From: a virus
Lineage: Duplodnaviria; Caudoviricetes
Virus record (IMG/VR): IMGVR_UViG_3300032286_000437
Location: 1,802 to 65,801 of that record
Reading direction: 5' to 3' (one strand)
Length of the DNA stretch: 64,000 nucleotides
Shown here: positions 48,322 to 58,264 of the stretch, piece by piece
How the letters are laid out: every line of letters starts with the position of its first letter
How positions within the stretch are numbered: the stretch's first letter is position 1
Made by a program: the position numbers and the translations under genes
The notes under the pieces: model-generated
What the model was told of the DNA's origin: nothing
The model's database searches: none
The model's input: only the letters and a program-made list of their open reading frames with translations

Positions 48322-48843
48322 ATGTCAAAACAATCTATAGAAAAATTGCTTGATTCACAAGCTCAAGAAGTTACTGGTTATTCTAGTGATACGGTTATCG
48401 AATTATTAAAAAAATCCCTCAATGTTCACTGGCAGCAGACTACATCTCTAACAGCACAAGCTGAACACCTTGAAAGGTGGGGATATAAGAAACTAGCAGC
48501 GATTATTAAGGCCGATGCCATACAAGAACAGACTCATGCCGCAATTAATATTAGAAGATTAGAATTTTTTGATATTGATTATCAACCATTAATTATAAGT
48601 CCACCCACTTGGAAACGACACGACATTGTTGCTATGATTCAATATAATTTAGACTCTGTTAGGGAGGCTTCAGCTACTGAAAGGGCGACCATAGTAGCGG
48701 CAAGGTCTGTTGGCGATGAAATTACAGCCAATATGCTTATAGAATTATTACAGGGTAGCGAAGATGGAATTATTCTTTATGAAGGCTTCCTAAAGCTTAT
48801 TGAGCAAATGGGTGTTGACAACTTCCTTACTCTACAGGTATAG
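48322..48843 (+). CDS. Bacterioferritin/ferritin-like protein
   Basis: WGYKKLA..EQTHA..RRLEFF, GDEITANML, EQMGVDNFL. Confidence 0.75.
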   Translation: MSKQSIEKLLDSQAQEVTGYSSDTVIELLKKSLNVHWQQTTSLTAQAEHLERWGYKKLAAIIKADAIQEQTHAAINIRRLEFFDIDYQPLIISPPTWKRHDIVAMIQYNLDSVREASATERATIVAARSVGDEITANMLIELLQGSEDGIILYEGFLKLIEQMGVDNFLTLQV

Positions 48844-48915
48844 TAAAGTTGTTAGTTCCGTGGTATAATAGTTTGATAGCAGTCGCATACACATTGAAAT
48901 TGACAAGGAAAATAT

Positions 48916-50520
48916 ATGTTGAATTGGTGTCCACTAAGGAATTACACTCATTACAGTTTGTTGAAGGGTTTTTCAAAGCCAGACGAGTTGGCAGAAAAGT
49001 GTAAAGAAGAAGGATATATTGCTTGCGGCATTGCAGATTATAAAACAATATCCGGCGTTGTGTCTTTTTATCAAGCTTGTCAAAAGAATGGTATCAAGCC
49101 CATTATTGGTTGCTCTTTTGATGATTGTGCTTTATTTGCTAAGAATAGTGCCGGTTGGCATGATCTTATCCATTTGGTATCGTCTATAGATGACGAGGGT
49201 AATATATCTAGTACTATTTGGTTAAGTACCTTAAAGAAGGGTAATGTAATCAAAGTATCTAATGATACGCCCCTATTTCCTATTAGTTATTACGTTAAGA
49301 AAGAAGATGCAGTATTACATAGAATACTATTATGTTCTGAATTAAAGACTACACTTCCAAAGGTTCAGAAACAAATACGTAATGGTGATCTATCTAAAGA
49401 TATAGAATATCAATTCACCCACGATGATAAGAATGTCTGGTCAAAGGAAGAAGCACAAAAAGCAATTAGCTCAACATCACCTAAGAATCTAGATAATATC
49501 TCTAGTATTATAAACCAGTGTGAGAGCTATAATGTTCTAAGCAAGCCTAATCTTCCAAAGTTCGCCTGTCCAAATAATCAATCAGAAGAAGATTATTTAA
49601 AGGAACTATGTCGGGTTGGCTGGAAGAACATATTAATAGACGGCGACAAAGTTTCTAAACCAGAAGATAAAGAGAAGTACCTAGAAAGATTCAAGGAGGA
49701 GTTTGATGTTATTAAAGGTGCAAATCTATTCGGTTATTTTCTCATTGTTAGAGATATTATACACTATTGTGAAAGTCAAGGTTGGTTGTGTGGTCCCGGT
49801 AGAGGTTCGGCGGCGGGATGCTTAATCTCATACCTTATTGGAATTACAAAGATTGATCCAATAGAATTTGATCTACTATTCGCTAGATTTTATAATGCTG
49901 GGCGAAATAGTGAGGATCATATTTCATTGCCAGATATTGACATGGACGTTCCCGGCAAGAAGCGTGATGAAGTTATTGCTTATCTTAAGAATAAGTATGG
50001 TAGCGATCACGTTAGTCAAATGATTACATTCGGTAGACTACAAGGAAGAAGTGCAATAAAAGAGGTTTTACGCATAAATGAGGCGTGTTCTTTTGGTGAG
50101 ATGAATGCTATCACAAAGAGTATCCCCAACGAAGCAGAAATTTCAGATCAACTTGCAGACATGGATGATGAAGATCGATCCATTATACGATGGGCATTAA
50201 TTAATAATGCTAACGAGTTGAGAGATTTCTGTCATATTAATGAAGATGGAAAGCTTGATGGAGAATATGCTGAGTATTTTGATCAAGCCATTAAGATAGA
50301 GGGTACTTTTAAAACGCAAGGTAAACATGCGGCGGGAGTAGTTATTTCAGCTAAGAAACTAAATACTGTTTGTCCTATGGTTAAGCAGCGTGAATCATCT
50401 GAAAAAATAGCGGGATTAGAAATGGCAGACCTAGAAGCCCTTGGTCACGTTAAGTTTGATGTTTTAGGTGTCAACGTTTTAGATAAAATTATGTACATTC
50501 AAAAACTATCGGAAAACTAA
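48916..50520 (+). CDS. dnaE: DNA polymerase III alpha, N-terminal half (degenerate PHP + palm/thumb)
   Basis: YSLL, GIKPIIG, GPGRGSAAG, PDIDMD, HAAGVVI, KFDVLG then stop. Confidence 0.92.
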   Translation: MLNWCPLRNYTHYSLLKGFSKPDELAEKCKEEGYIACGIADYKTISGVVSFYQACQKNGIKPIIGCSFDDCALFAKNSAGWHDLIHLVSSIDDEGNISSTIWLSTLKKGNVIKVSNDTPLFPISYYVKKEDAVLHRILLCSELKTTLPKVQKQIRNGDLSKDIEYQFTHDDKNVWSKEEAQKAISSTSPKNLDNISSIINQCESYNVLSKPNLPKFACPNNQSEEDYLKELCRVGWKNILIDGDKVSKPEDKEKYLERFKEEFDVIKGANLFGYFLIVRDIIHYCESQGWLCGPGRGSAAGCLISYLIGITKIDPIEFDLLFARFYNAGRNSEDHISLPDIDMDVPGKKRDEVIAYLKNKYGSDHVSQMITFGRLQGRSAIKEVLRINEACSFGEMNAITKSIPNEAEISDQLADMDDEDRSIIRWALINNANELRDFCHINEDGKLDGEYAEYFDQAIKIEGTFKTQGKHAAGVVISAKKLNTVCPMVKQRESSEKIAGLEMADLEALGHVKFDVLGVNVLDKIMYIQKLSEN

Positions 50521-50521
50521 A

Positions 50522-51085
50522 ATGGCAAGTGTCACTCAGTGTGGAAAATATATTGGTCAAAAATTTGGAATGTTAACTGTTCAAAAAATTGCTAGCAAAA
50601 ACAAGTACCATCATTATTCATTTGAATGCTTGTGTGATTGTGGTAATACTGTTATTCGGCGTGTATCCAATCTAGTGGGTGGTAGGTCAAAGAACTGTGG
50701 CTGTTCACCCAAAAGTGGGCGTGAGCATGGCTGTTATAAAGGATATAAAGGCTTGAGCATGGCTCACTGGTATAGAATAAATATCGCCGCGAAAGAGCGT
50801 GGATATAGTGTTAAGATAGATATAGAATATGCATGGGAACTATATGAAAAGCAGGGCGGAAAATGTGCGATGACAGGAGTTCCGATTTTCCTTTTTATAC
50901 CAAAAAAAGATTATATCAAAACAACAGCATCATTAGATAGAATAGATAATAATAAAGATTATATTGAAGGAAATGTACAGTGGGTTCATAAGAAAGTAAA
51001 CCAATTAAAAAATGACCTGACTGTTGAAGATTTTTTTGAATTATGTAAAAACGTTGTTAAGTACAATAACTTATTGGAGAATTAA
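50522..51085 (+). CDS. Free-standing HNH-type (homing) endonuclease
   Basis: GQKFGMLTV..CLCDCG..CGC; QGGKCAMTG..SLDRIDNNKDY..NVQWV. Confidence 0.82.
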   Translation: MASVTQCGKYIGQKFGMLTVQKIASKNKYHHYSFECLCDCGNTVIRRVSNLVGGRSKNCGCSPKSGREHGCYKGYKGLSMAHWYRINIAAKERGYSVKIDIEYAWELYEKQGGKCAMTGVPIFLFIPKKDYIKTTASLDRIDNNKDYIEGNVQWVHKKVNQLKNDLTVEDFFELCKNVVKYNNLLEN

Positions 51086-51766
51086 ATGGCTAACAGAGAT
51101 TTCATCATATTTGACTTTGAGACGGGATCACGCAATCCTCATAAAACTCAACCAACTCAGATTGCAGCTTTAGCTTTAGATGGCAGAAGTCTAGCAGTTA
51201 AGGGTCAGTTTAATAGCGAGATTAAGCCCATATTTGATGATGCTGCCGCCGTGGCTGCTGGCTTGGACCCGATCCAAGACGAAGCTCTAAAGATTACTAA
51301 GAAAACCAGAGAAGGTCTAGCAGAAGCACCATCTATTAAGTCTGTGTGGTCAAAGTTTGTTAAGTTCGTTGATCAATATAACTGGAAGGGTGATCCATTC
51401 TTTGCTCCAATTCCAGTGGGTTTTAATATTCTTGGATTCGATATGCACATTGTTAATAGACTTTGCAAGGAATACGGACCTTGGGATAAAGAGCGTGAAC
51501 ACCAGAAACTGTTCAGTAAGGTTTATAAGATAGATATCATGGATAATGTTTTTGTATGGACAGAGAGTGATCCATCTGTAAAGTCAATTAGCATGGACGC
51601 ACTACGAGAAAGAATGGGTCTTAGTAAGGATAAGGCTCACGACGCTCTACAAGACGTTAAGGACGAGGCTAATATATTTATCAAGCTAATGAAAACACAT
51701 AGGTCTGTGTATCAGAACATTACTTTTGATAAGGCATTTGCTAATGGAAATCTATATGTCAAATAA
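51086..51766 (+). CDS. DEDDh 3'-5' exonuclease (epsilon-like)
   Basis: FDFETG, GFNILGFD, AHDALQDV. Confidence 0.9.
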   Translation: MANRDFIIFDFETGSRNPHKTQPTQIAALALDGRSLAVKGQFNSEIKPIFDDAAAVAAGLDPIQDEALKITKKTREGLAEAPSIKSVWSKFVKFVDQYNWKGDPFFAPIPVGFNILGFDMHIVNRLCKEYGPWDKEREHQKLFSKVYKIDIMDNVFVWTESDPSVKSISMDALRERMGLSKDKAHDALQDVKDEANIFIKLMKTHRSVYQNITFDKAFANGNLYVK

Positions 51767-52151
51767 TCAAACATATCTAGAATTTATTAAAGATGAGGAT
51801 ATAGATACAATTGACGATAATATAAAAACTTGTATATATTGTAATATTACCAAATCTTTTGATGAATTTCCTAAGCATATACACTATAAAGATAACTTAG
51901 ATTCTAGATGTAAAGAATGCATAAAAGAACATGCAAAAATTAGAAATGAATTGAGAAAAATTGCACCGGACAAGCCAGAAGTTTGTGAATGTTGTCATAA
52001 AGTAACAGATAAATGGGTTTTAGACCATAATCATTCCAATAACACTTTTAGAGGTTGGCTTTGTGATAAATGTAATACCGGTATAGGAAAATTAGGTGAT
52101 GATATTGAAGGTCTAACAAACGCATTGAACTATTTGTTGTCGAGGGAATAA
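51756..52151 (+). CDS. Endonuclease VII-family nuclease
   Basis: CECC..LDHNH..RGWLCDKCNTGIG. Confidence 0.85.
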   Translation: MSNNQTYLEFIKDEDIDTIDDNIKTCIYCNITKSFDEFPKHIHYKDNLDSRCKECIKEHAKIRNELRKIAPDKPEVCECCHKVTDKWVLDHNHSNNTFRGWLCDKCNTGIGKLGDDIEGLTNALNYLLSRE

Positions 52152-53714
52152 ATGATTGATTATAACGATAAGAAAACTTGGCAATTATTTGCAGAAGGTA
52201 AGACCAAGGGTGTCTTTCAGCTAGAAAGTAATCTTGGTAAAGCTTGGGCTAAGAAGGTTGCTCCAACAAATATTGAAGAACTATCTGCTCTTATTGCTAT
52301 TATTAGGCCGGGAACGTTAAAGGCTTTCGTTGATGGAAAGTCTATGACCCAGCACTATGTTGATAGAAAGCACGGCAGAGAAGAAGTTGTATATTTGCAC
52401 GAATCTCTAGAAGAAATCTTAAAGCCAACGTATGGGGTTCTAGTTTATCAAGAACAGTCCATGCGTATAGCTCAAAAGGTCGCTGGCTTCAATCTACAAG
52501 AAGCTGACGTTCTTCGTAAAGCCATTGGAAAGAAAAAAGCCGATCTCATGAATGAAGTTAAGAAATCATTTATTGAGGGGTCGCAGCGAGTTGGGATGGT
52601 AACAAAAGAAGAAGCAGAACAGATTTTCGGATGGATTGAGAAGTCTGCTAGATATGCCTTTAATAAATCTCACAGTATATCTTATGCTGTGTGTTCGTAT
52701 TGGAGTGCGTACTATAAGGCCCACCATACTCTAGAGTTCTTTTTATCTTATCTATTCTATGCTAACGAAAAACAAGATCCTCACCAAGAAGTTTACGAAC
52801 TTATTTCTGAGGCAAAACTGTTTGACATACAGGTAAAAACACCGTCATTAGCTAACTACGAGATAAAGTTCAATATTAATAGGGGAAAGATATATTTTGG
52901 TGTTAAAGATATAAAGTCGCTCACAGGTAAAACTGGCGATGTTGTTATTGAAGCAATTAAGCAGGCTGAAAAAGATTTAAACAAAGCTATTACGAAATTT
53001 AATTGGCTTGAGATACTACTATATCTTAGCCCCAACATTAGCTCAACATCTTTTAAGGCTTTAGCTTCAATAGGATTCTTTAGAGATTTTGCAGAAAAGA
53101 TCAGTAGAAACAAAGCTTTATATGACTATGATATATTCAAGGGGCTAACTCAAGCTGAGAAAACTTGGATTCAAACAAAGTATCCAGAAAGGAAGTGGTC
53201 ATCCTTTATTGATTGCTTAAAAGACTTGGCACCTACAAAGAAAGAGGGCGGCGGTACTAGCAAAGTAGATCGTAAACAAGTAATTGAAAATGAGATACAG
53301 TTATTGGTTAGTCCACCTTATGATTTAGATGACGATCCTAGCTGGATAATTGATCAAGAGGCTAAATTTTTAGGTTGTCCAGTTAGTATGACTCGCGTAG
53401 AAACCTCAGACACTTCTGCTGCCAATACTACTTGTAAAGATGTTATTAATGGTAAGAAGGGTAAGGATTTGTGCATTGTAGCGAATGTTCAGCGAGTGGC
53501 CGATTATACAATAACTAAGGGTGAGTCAAAAGGGCAAACTATGTGCTTTTTGACTATAGAGGATGATACATGTATTCTTGATAGCGTAATTGTATTTCCA
53601 AAAGTAAGAGATAAATACAAGTATATACTTTATGAGGGTAATAATTTAATATTCTGTGGGAACGTTGCAGACCATGAAACTTCTTTCATTATCAACCAAA
53701 TCCACGAAATTTGA
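52152..53714 (+). CDS. dnaE: DNA polymerase III alpha, C-terminal half (fingers, HhH, OB)
   Basis: GVFQLES, IRPG, TYGVLVYQEQ, LRKAIGKK, YAFNKSHS, MCFLTIED. Confidence 0.92.
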   Translation: MIDYNDKKTWQLFAEGKTKGVFQLESNLGKAWAKKVAPTNIEELSALIAIIRPGTLKAFVDGKSMTQHYVDRKHGREEVVYLHESLEEILKPTYGVLVYQEQSMRIAQKVAGFNLQEADVLRKAIGKKKADLMNEVKKSFIEGSQRVGMVTKEEAEQIFGWIEKSARYAFNKSHSISYAVCSYWSAYYKAHHTLEFFLSYLFYANEKQDPHQEVYELISEAKLFDIQVKTPSLANYEIKFNINRGKIYFGVKDIKSLTGKTGDVVIEAIKQAEKDLNKAITKFNWLEILLYLSPNISSTSFKALASIGFFRDFAEKISRNKALYDYDIFKGLTQAEKTWIQTKYPERKWSSFIDCLKDLAPTKKEGGGTSKVDRKQVIENEIQLLVSPPYDLDDDPSWIIDQEAKFLGCPVSMTRVETSDTSAANTTCKDVINGKKGKDLCIVANVQRVADYTITKGESKGQTMCFLTIEDDTCILDSVIVFPKVRDKYKYILYEGNNLIFCGNVADHETSFIINQIHEI

Positions 53715-53764
53715 TGTGTTTTTTCTCAATGTTACTGCTAATATACTAAGATAGGAGATTATAG

Positions 53765-54076
53765 ATGAACATATGTTGCTTTACCGGCTATTTGGTTGAA
53801 GACCCAAGAATTTCTGATATTGATGGGGTCACGCTAGCTGAGTTTACAATGGTAGTCTACACTTATAGACGAACCAAGAGTGGTGAAAAGAATAGAATTC
53901 CCACATATTTATATTGTGAAGCTTGGCATACCGGTGCTGAAACTCTTGAAAAATATGCTATTAAAGGTACAAAACTAAACGTACATGCTTCTGCAAAGAA
54001 TATCTCCAAGGAAGATCAGCGTGTTATTTTCAGAATAAACGAATTTGATTTCTGTAGCCAAGAATTTGAGGACTAA
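53765..54076 (+). CDS. Second SSB-like OB-fold protein
   Basis: MNICCFTGYLVEDP, CEAW..AE..KG; acidic C-terminus. Confidence 0.75.
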   Translation: MNICCFTGYLVEDPRISDIDGVTLAEFTMVVYTYRRTKSGEKNRIPTYLYCEAWHTGAETLEKYAIKGTKLNVHASAKNISKEDQRVIFRINEFDFCSQEFED

Positions 54077-54083
54077 AATTTTT

Positions 54084-55739
54084 ATGAGAAAAAAAAGGAT
54101 TCTATTTTGCAGTGAAGCAACATTCTTAAATACAGGCTATGCAACATACACAAGAGAAATTTTAAACTATTTACATAGCACTGGTAAATACGAGTTAGCT
54201 GAAATGGCCTCTTACGGCGAACAGGATGATCCAAGAGCAAAGTCAATTCCTTGGAAGTTCTATGGAGTAATTCCAAATAAGGATACCCCAGAAGAAATAC
54301 ATAAGCAATATCAATCTATGCCAACGGCGCAGTTTGGTGAGCTAGCGTTTGAGCCAACATGTCTTGATTTTAAGCCAGATATTGTTTGTGATATTAGAGA
54401 TTTCTGGATGATGGACTTTGCCGAACGATCTCCATATAGACCATTTTTTAAGTGGTGTATCATGCCAACCGTTGACGCTAGACCACAGGCTAGACAATGG
54501 ATATCAACATATGAATCAGCAGACGCTTGTTTAACATATTCAGAATGGGCTGGCGAAGTTCTTAAAGATCAGTCTGGAGATAAAATAAAGTATTTGGGTA
54601 TATCCCCACCATCTGCACACTCTGCATATAAACCAATAGAAAATAGGGAAGAACTTAGAAAAGCATACGGTATAAATCCTAACGCTAAAATCATCGGCAC
54701 GGTAATGCGTAATCAAAGGCGTAAACTATATCCAGATTTATTCGAAGCTTTTAAACTTCTACTTGATAAGGTAGAGGATAAGTCAGAATATATGTTATAT
54801 TGCCACACAAGTTATCCAGACTTGGGCTGGGATATTCCAGAACTTTTGCAGCAATATCAATTATCATCTAAGGTATTATTTACATATATTTGTGGTCAGA
54901 CTAATAAACCATTCCCATCATTATTTAGGGGAGCATTTACGCAGTCTCCATTTACTGGAAAATATGGAGCTACATTATCAAATGTGAAGAACGGCGTTGA
55001 CTATGAAGAACTTTCGAATATAATCAACATGTTCGATCTTTATGTTCAGTACGCTAACTGCGAAGGCTTTGGATTACCACAAGTAGAAGCGGCAGCTTGT
55101 GGAGTTCCAGTAATGGCTACTGATTATTCAGCTATGGAAAGTGTTGTTAGAAACCTTGGCGGGGTTCCACTAACTCCAAAGGCTCTATATAAAGAATTAG
55201 AAACTGGATGTTTTAGAGCGGTTCCAGACAATGAGTTGGCAGCACAAAAATTCTTTGAGTTTTTCCAACAACCATTAAGTATGAGGCGTAAGGTTGGATT
55301 TGATACTAGACAAAAATTTCTTGAGCATTACCAGTGGGAAAAGAGCGGTAAGGCGTGGGAAGATTACTTTGATAGTGTAGAAATCTTGCCAGAAGAAAAA
55401 ACTTGGAAATCTCCCCCAAGAATTAAGCCTCCGCAGCAAAAACCAGATAAATTGCCAGATAATGTTAGTCATGAAACTCTAGCTAGATGGCTTATTACTG
55501 AAGTTTTGTGCGAACCAGAAAGAGTAAACTCTTTTATGGAAGCAAGATTAATTAGAGATTTAATGTATCAGAGTTCCACATCTGTTACTGGTGGTATGTA
55601 TTTTAATGAAAGCTCAGTAGCGTTTGATGGAAAGATGGCTAGGACTCCGTTTAATTTTGAAATAGCATATAATCACATGCTATCACTGTGTAACCGAAGA
55701 AATTATTGGGAACAAAAGAGGTCGGAGCTTATCAAATGA
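54084..55739 (+). CDS. Glycosyltransferase family 4
   Basis: TGYA, RNQRRK, EGFGLPQVEAAACG. Confidence 0.88.
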   Translation: MRKKRILFCSEATFLNTGYATYTREILNYLHSTGKYELAEMASYGEQDDPRAKSIPWKFYGVIPNKDTPEEIHKQYQSMPTAQFGELAFEPTCLDFKPDIVCDIRDFWMMDFAERSPYRPFFKWCIMPTVDARPQARQWISTYESADACLTYSEWAGEVLKDQSGDKIKYLGISPPSAHSAYKPIENREELRKAYGINPNAKIIGTVMRNQRRKLYPDLFEAFKLLLDKVEDKSEYMLYCHTSYPDLGWDIPELLQQYQLSSKVLFTYICGQTNKPFPSLFRGAFTQSPFTGKYGATLSNVKNGVDYEELSNIINMFDLYVQYANCEGFGLPQVEAAACGVPVMATDYSAMESVVRNLGGVPLTPKALYKELETGCFRAVPDNELAAQKFFEFFQQPLSMRRKVGFDTRQKFLEHYQWEKSGKAWEDYFDSVEILPEEKTWKSPPRIKPPQQKPDKLPDNVSHETLARWLITEVLCEPERVNSFMEARLIRDLMYQSSTSVTGGMYFNESSVAFDGKMARTPFNFEIAYNHMLSLCNRRNYWEQKRSELIK

Positions 55740-56848
55740 AAATTCTATACATAGGACATTATAAAGAAGGTAGCGGGTGGTCTAAGGCTGCTATGGATTT
55801 AATATTAGCTATGGACAGCGTTGGACTTGATGTTACTTGTAGAAATATCAAATTAACTAATAATAATCCTAAAATCTATCCAAGAATTTTAGAACTAGAA
55901 AACAAGCCGTTAAATAATATAGATGTTTGTATTCAGCACGTTTTGCCACACCACATGGTTGGTACTCAAAAGTTTAAAAGAAATATAGCATACTTTGTTG
56001 CCGAGTCAAGTTCTATTTTGAATAATCCTTGGATGGTATGTTTGCAGAATATGGATGAGGTTTGGGTTCCAAATAAGGGATTGGCAGCGAGTCTAGCATA
56101 CGATGGATTAAATAAAAAAATAAACGTTGTTCATCATGCTGCTGATTTATTAAAGGGTTTCGCTCAAGAAAAGTTCATATTCCCAGACAAGAATAGTTTT
56201 AAGTTCTATTATATAGGCGAGCTTAATGACAGGAAGAATATTGAGTCTATAGTTAGGTCTTTCCATAGCGAGTTTGCTAGTTTTGAACCTGTCTCGCTGG
56301 TACTAAAAATAAAAAGACACGGTGTTTCACCACCAGAACTAACGAGATATTGTGAGCAACTATGTACCAATATCAAAAAAGAACTTAGAATGTATAAGGA
56401 TATTGAAAGCTATCATAAGGAATTGATTATTTCTGATAATTTAGACGATAGCCTTATAGATGTATTACATAATTCATGCGACTGCTTTGTTTCTCCTTCT
56501 CACGGCGAGGGGTGGTCAATACCGGCCTTTGATGCTATGAGATATGGTAAGACTCCCATCTGTAGCAATGAGGGTGGCCCTAAAGAGTTTATAGATTCTA
56601 ATGATCCTAATACTGGAAAACTTATCAATGGAATTTATTCGGTTTGTAATCATTCTGATCCAGCATTTATGGATATATTTACTGGCAGAGAAGAGTGGTT
56701 TACTCCAAGTGAATCAGAAATCAAAAAATCTATGAGATATTATTATGAAAATAGACTTAAAATTGATAGGACAGTTGGGGCAAAAAATGCTGAAAAATTT
56801 TCATACAAAAATATTGGCAATTTGATAAAGGGGTTACTTAATGGTTAA
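55736..56848 (+). CDS. Glycosyltransferase family 4
   Basis: SGW, RKNI, PSHGEGWSIPAFDAM. Confidence 0.85.
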   Translation: MKILYIGHYKEGSGWSKAAMDLILAMDSVGLDVTCRNIKLTNNNPKIYPRILELENKPLNNIDVCIQHVLPHHMVGTQKFKRNIAYFVAESSSILNNPWMVCLQNMDEVWVPNKGLAASLAYDGLNKKINVVHHAADLLKGFAQEKFIFPDKNSFKFYYIGELNDRKNIESIVRSFHSEFASFEPVSLVLKIKRHGVSPPELTRYCEQLCTNIKKELRMYKDIESYHKELIISDNLDDSLIDVLHNSCDCFVSPSHGEGWSIPAFDAMRYGKTPICSNEGGPKEFIDSNDPNTGKLINGIYSVCNHSDPAFMDIFTGREEWFTPSESEIKKSMRYYYENRLKIDRTVGAKNAEKFSYKNIGNLIKGLLNG

Positions 56849-57839
56849 TACTGTAAAACAAATAATAAGCCGTTGCAATACGGAACCAGCTACTAAAACT
56901 TACAATATTCTAACCTTTCCAACGCATGAAAGATATGAGAGTCAATTGGCTAAAACTGGCCACAATTTCTATTCTTTTAACCTAGAGAAAATGAAGAAGT
57001 GGAATAAAGACCAGATTAAGCCACCAAAGAATTATTATATACTGCCAGAGGGAGAGCTTTGTGAATTCATAAATTATGATTTCATATTGGTGCAAAGTAA
57101 ATTTTGGCAGTTTCAAGTAGCACAACAAATTAATGAGAGATTGGGGATTCCAATTATAGTGCTTGAGCATACACTGCCCACCCCTCAAACAATTCCTGAG
57201 AAACACATCGAAGCAATGAGGAATATGGTTGGAAACATAAATATCTTTATATCAGAATATTCTCAAAAAGCTTGGGATATTAAAGCTCCATCCCATGTTA
57301 TTCATCATGGTATAGACGCTGATACTTTTAGATCTTATGGTATACCAAGAAGTAATGAAGTTCTTACTGTAGCAAATGATTTTGTAAATAGAGATTATTG
57401 TTTAAATTATACGGGTTGGAAGAGAGTAACCGATGGTTTAAATACTAAACTAGTGGGCGATACTAGCGGATTGTCTGTAGCCGCTGCTTCAACGGCAGAG
57501 TTAGTAATGGACTATAATACGTGCGGGATTTATTTTAATAGCTCAACACTAAGCCCAATACCAACATCTTTATTAGAGGCTATGTCTTGCGGGTGCGCCG
57601 TTGTGTCTACCGCCACCTGTATGATTCCAGAAGTTATAGAGAACGGAATCAATGGATTTATTTCTAACGATGAAAATAAATTGAAAGAATACATTAAATT
57701 ACTACTATCAGACAGCGAAAAAAGAAAAGCTCTTGGTACTGCCGCTAGAAATACTATTCTTGAAAAGTTTTCTGAAGAAAAATTCGTACAAAAATGGAAT
57801 GAAGTTTTTAATAGCATTTACGAGGTTTCAAAAAAATGA
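56841..57839 (+). CDS. Glycosyltransferase family 4-like
   Basis: HGID, PIPTSLLEAMSCG, NGING. Confidence 0.85.
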   Translation: MVNTVKQIISRCNTEPATKTYNILTFPTHERYESQLAKTGHNFYSFNLEKMKKWNKDQIKPPKNYYILPEGELCEFINYDFILVQSKFWQFQVAQQINERLGIPIIVLEHTLPTPQTIPEKHIEAMRNMVGNINIFISEYSQKAWDIKAPSHVIHHGIDADTFRSYGIPRSNEVLTVANDFVNRDYCLNYTGWKRVTDGLNTKLVGDTSGLSVAAASTAELVMDYNTCGIYFNSSTLSPIPTSLLEAMSCGCAVVSTATCMIPEVIENGINGFISNDENKLKEYIKLLLSDSEKRKALGTAARNTILEKFSEEKFVQKWNEVFNSIYEVSKK

Positions 57840-58264
57840 AAATTCATATCACAGAAAATGTTGAGAAAATGATTGAAGGGTATAGTATGTTCCCAATAGT
57901 TTATGGGAAGGTTGATCTAGGTGGTCTACCAGACAATTCATTAACAGAAATCATAGCTATTGATGCTATAGACTCTATTCCCTCCAACCTTTTGCCACAG
58001 TTCATGGAGTCCATTGTTAAAAAGATGAGAATGGGTTGCTCTTTTATCCTCGGTGGTTTAGAACTAGGATTGTTATCAAGAAATATAACTAATGGCAAAC
58101 TGTCAAGTTTTAACTTTAACGATATCATGTCAACTAAAAAATCTGTTTATAGCTCAAAAGATATAGTTGATCTTTTAAAGAGCCATAATATTAATATAGA
58201 CAATGTAAACATAATAGGAACTAATTATGAAATCACAGCTTCACGACCAAGAAATAAAAACTAA
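57836..58264 (+). CDS. Hypothetical protein, possible degenerate SAM methyltransferase fragment
   Basis: PDNSLTEIIA..KKMRMG resembles MTase motifs; no GxG motif. Confidence 0.35.
   Translation: MKIHITENVEKMIEGYSMFPIVYGKVDLGGLPDNSLTEIIAIDAIDSIPSNLLPQFMESIVKKMRMGCSFILGGLELGLLSRNITNGKLSSFNFNDIMSTKKSVYSSKDIVDLLKSHNINIDNVNIIGTNYEITASRPRNKN

Noticed and set aside
50521-52151. Group I intron or split intein interrupting dnaE
   Set aside because: The interval is entirely filled by three ORFs, with no intron core sequence and no intein N- (C/S) or C-terminal (HN) motifs
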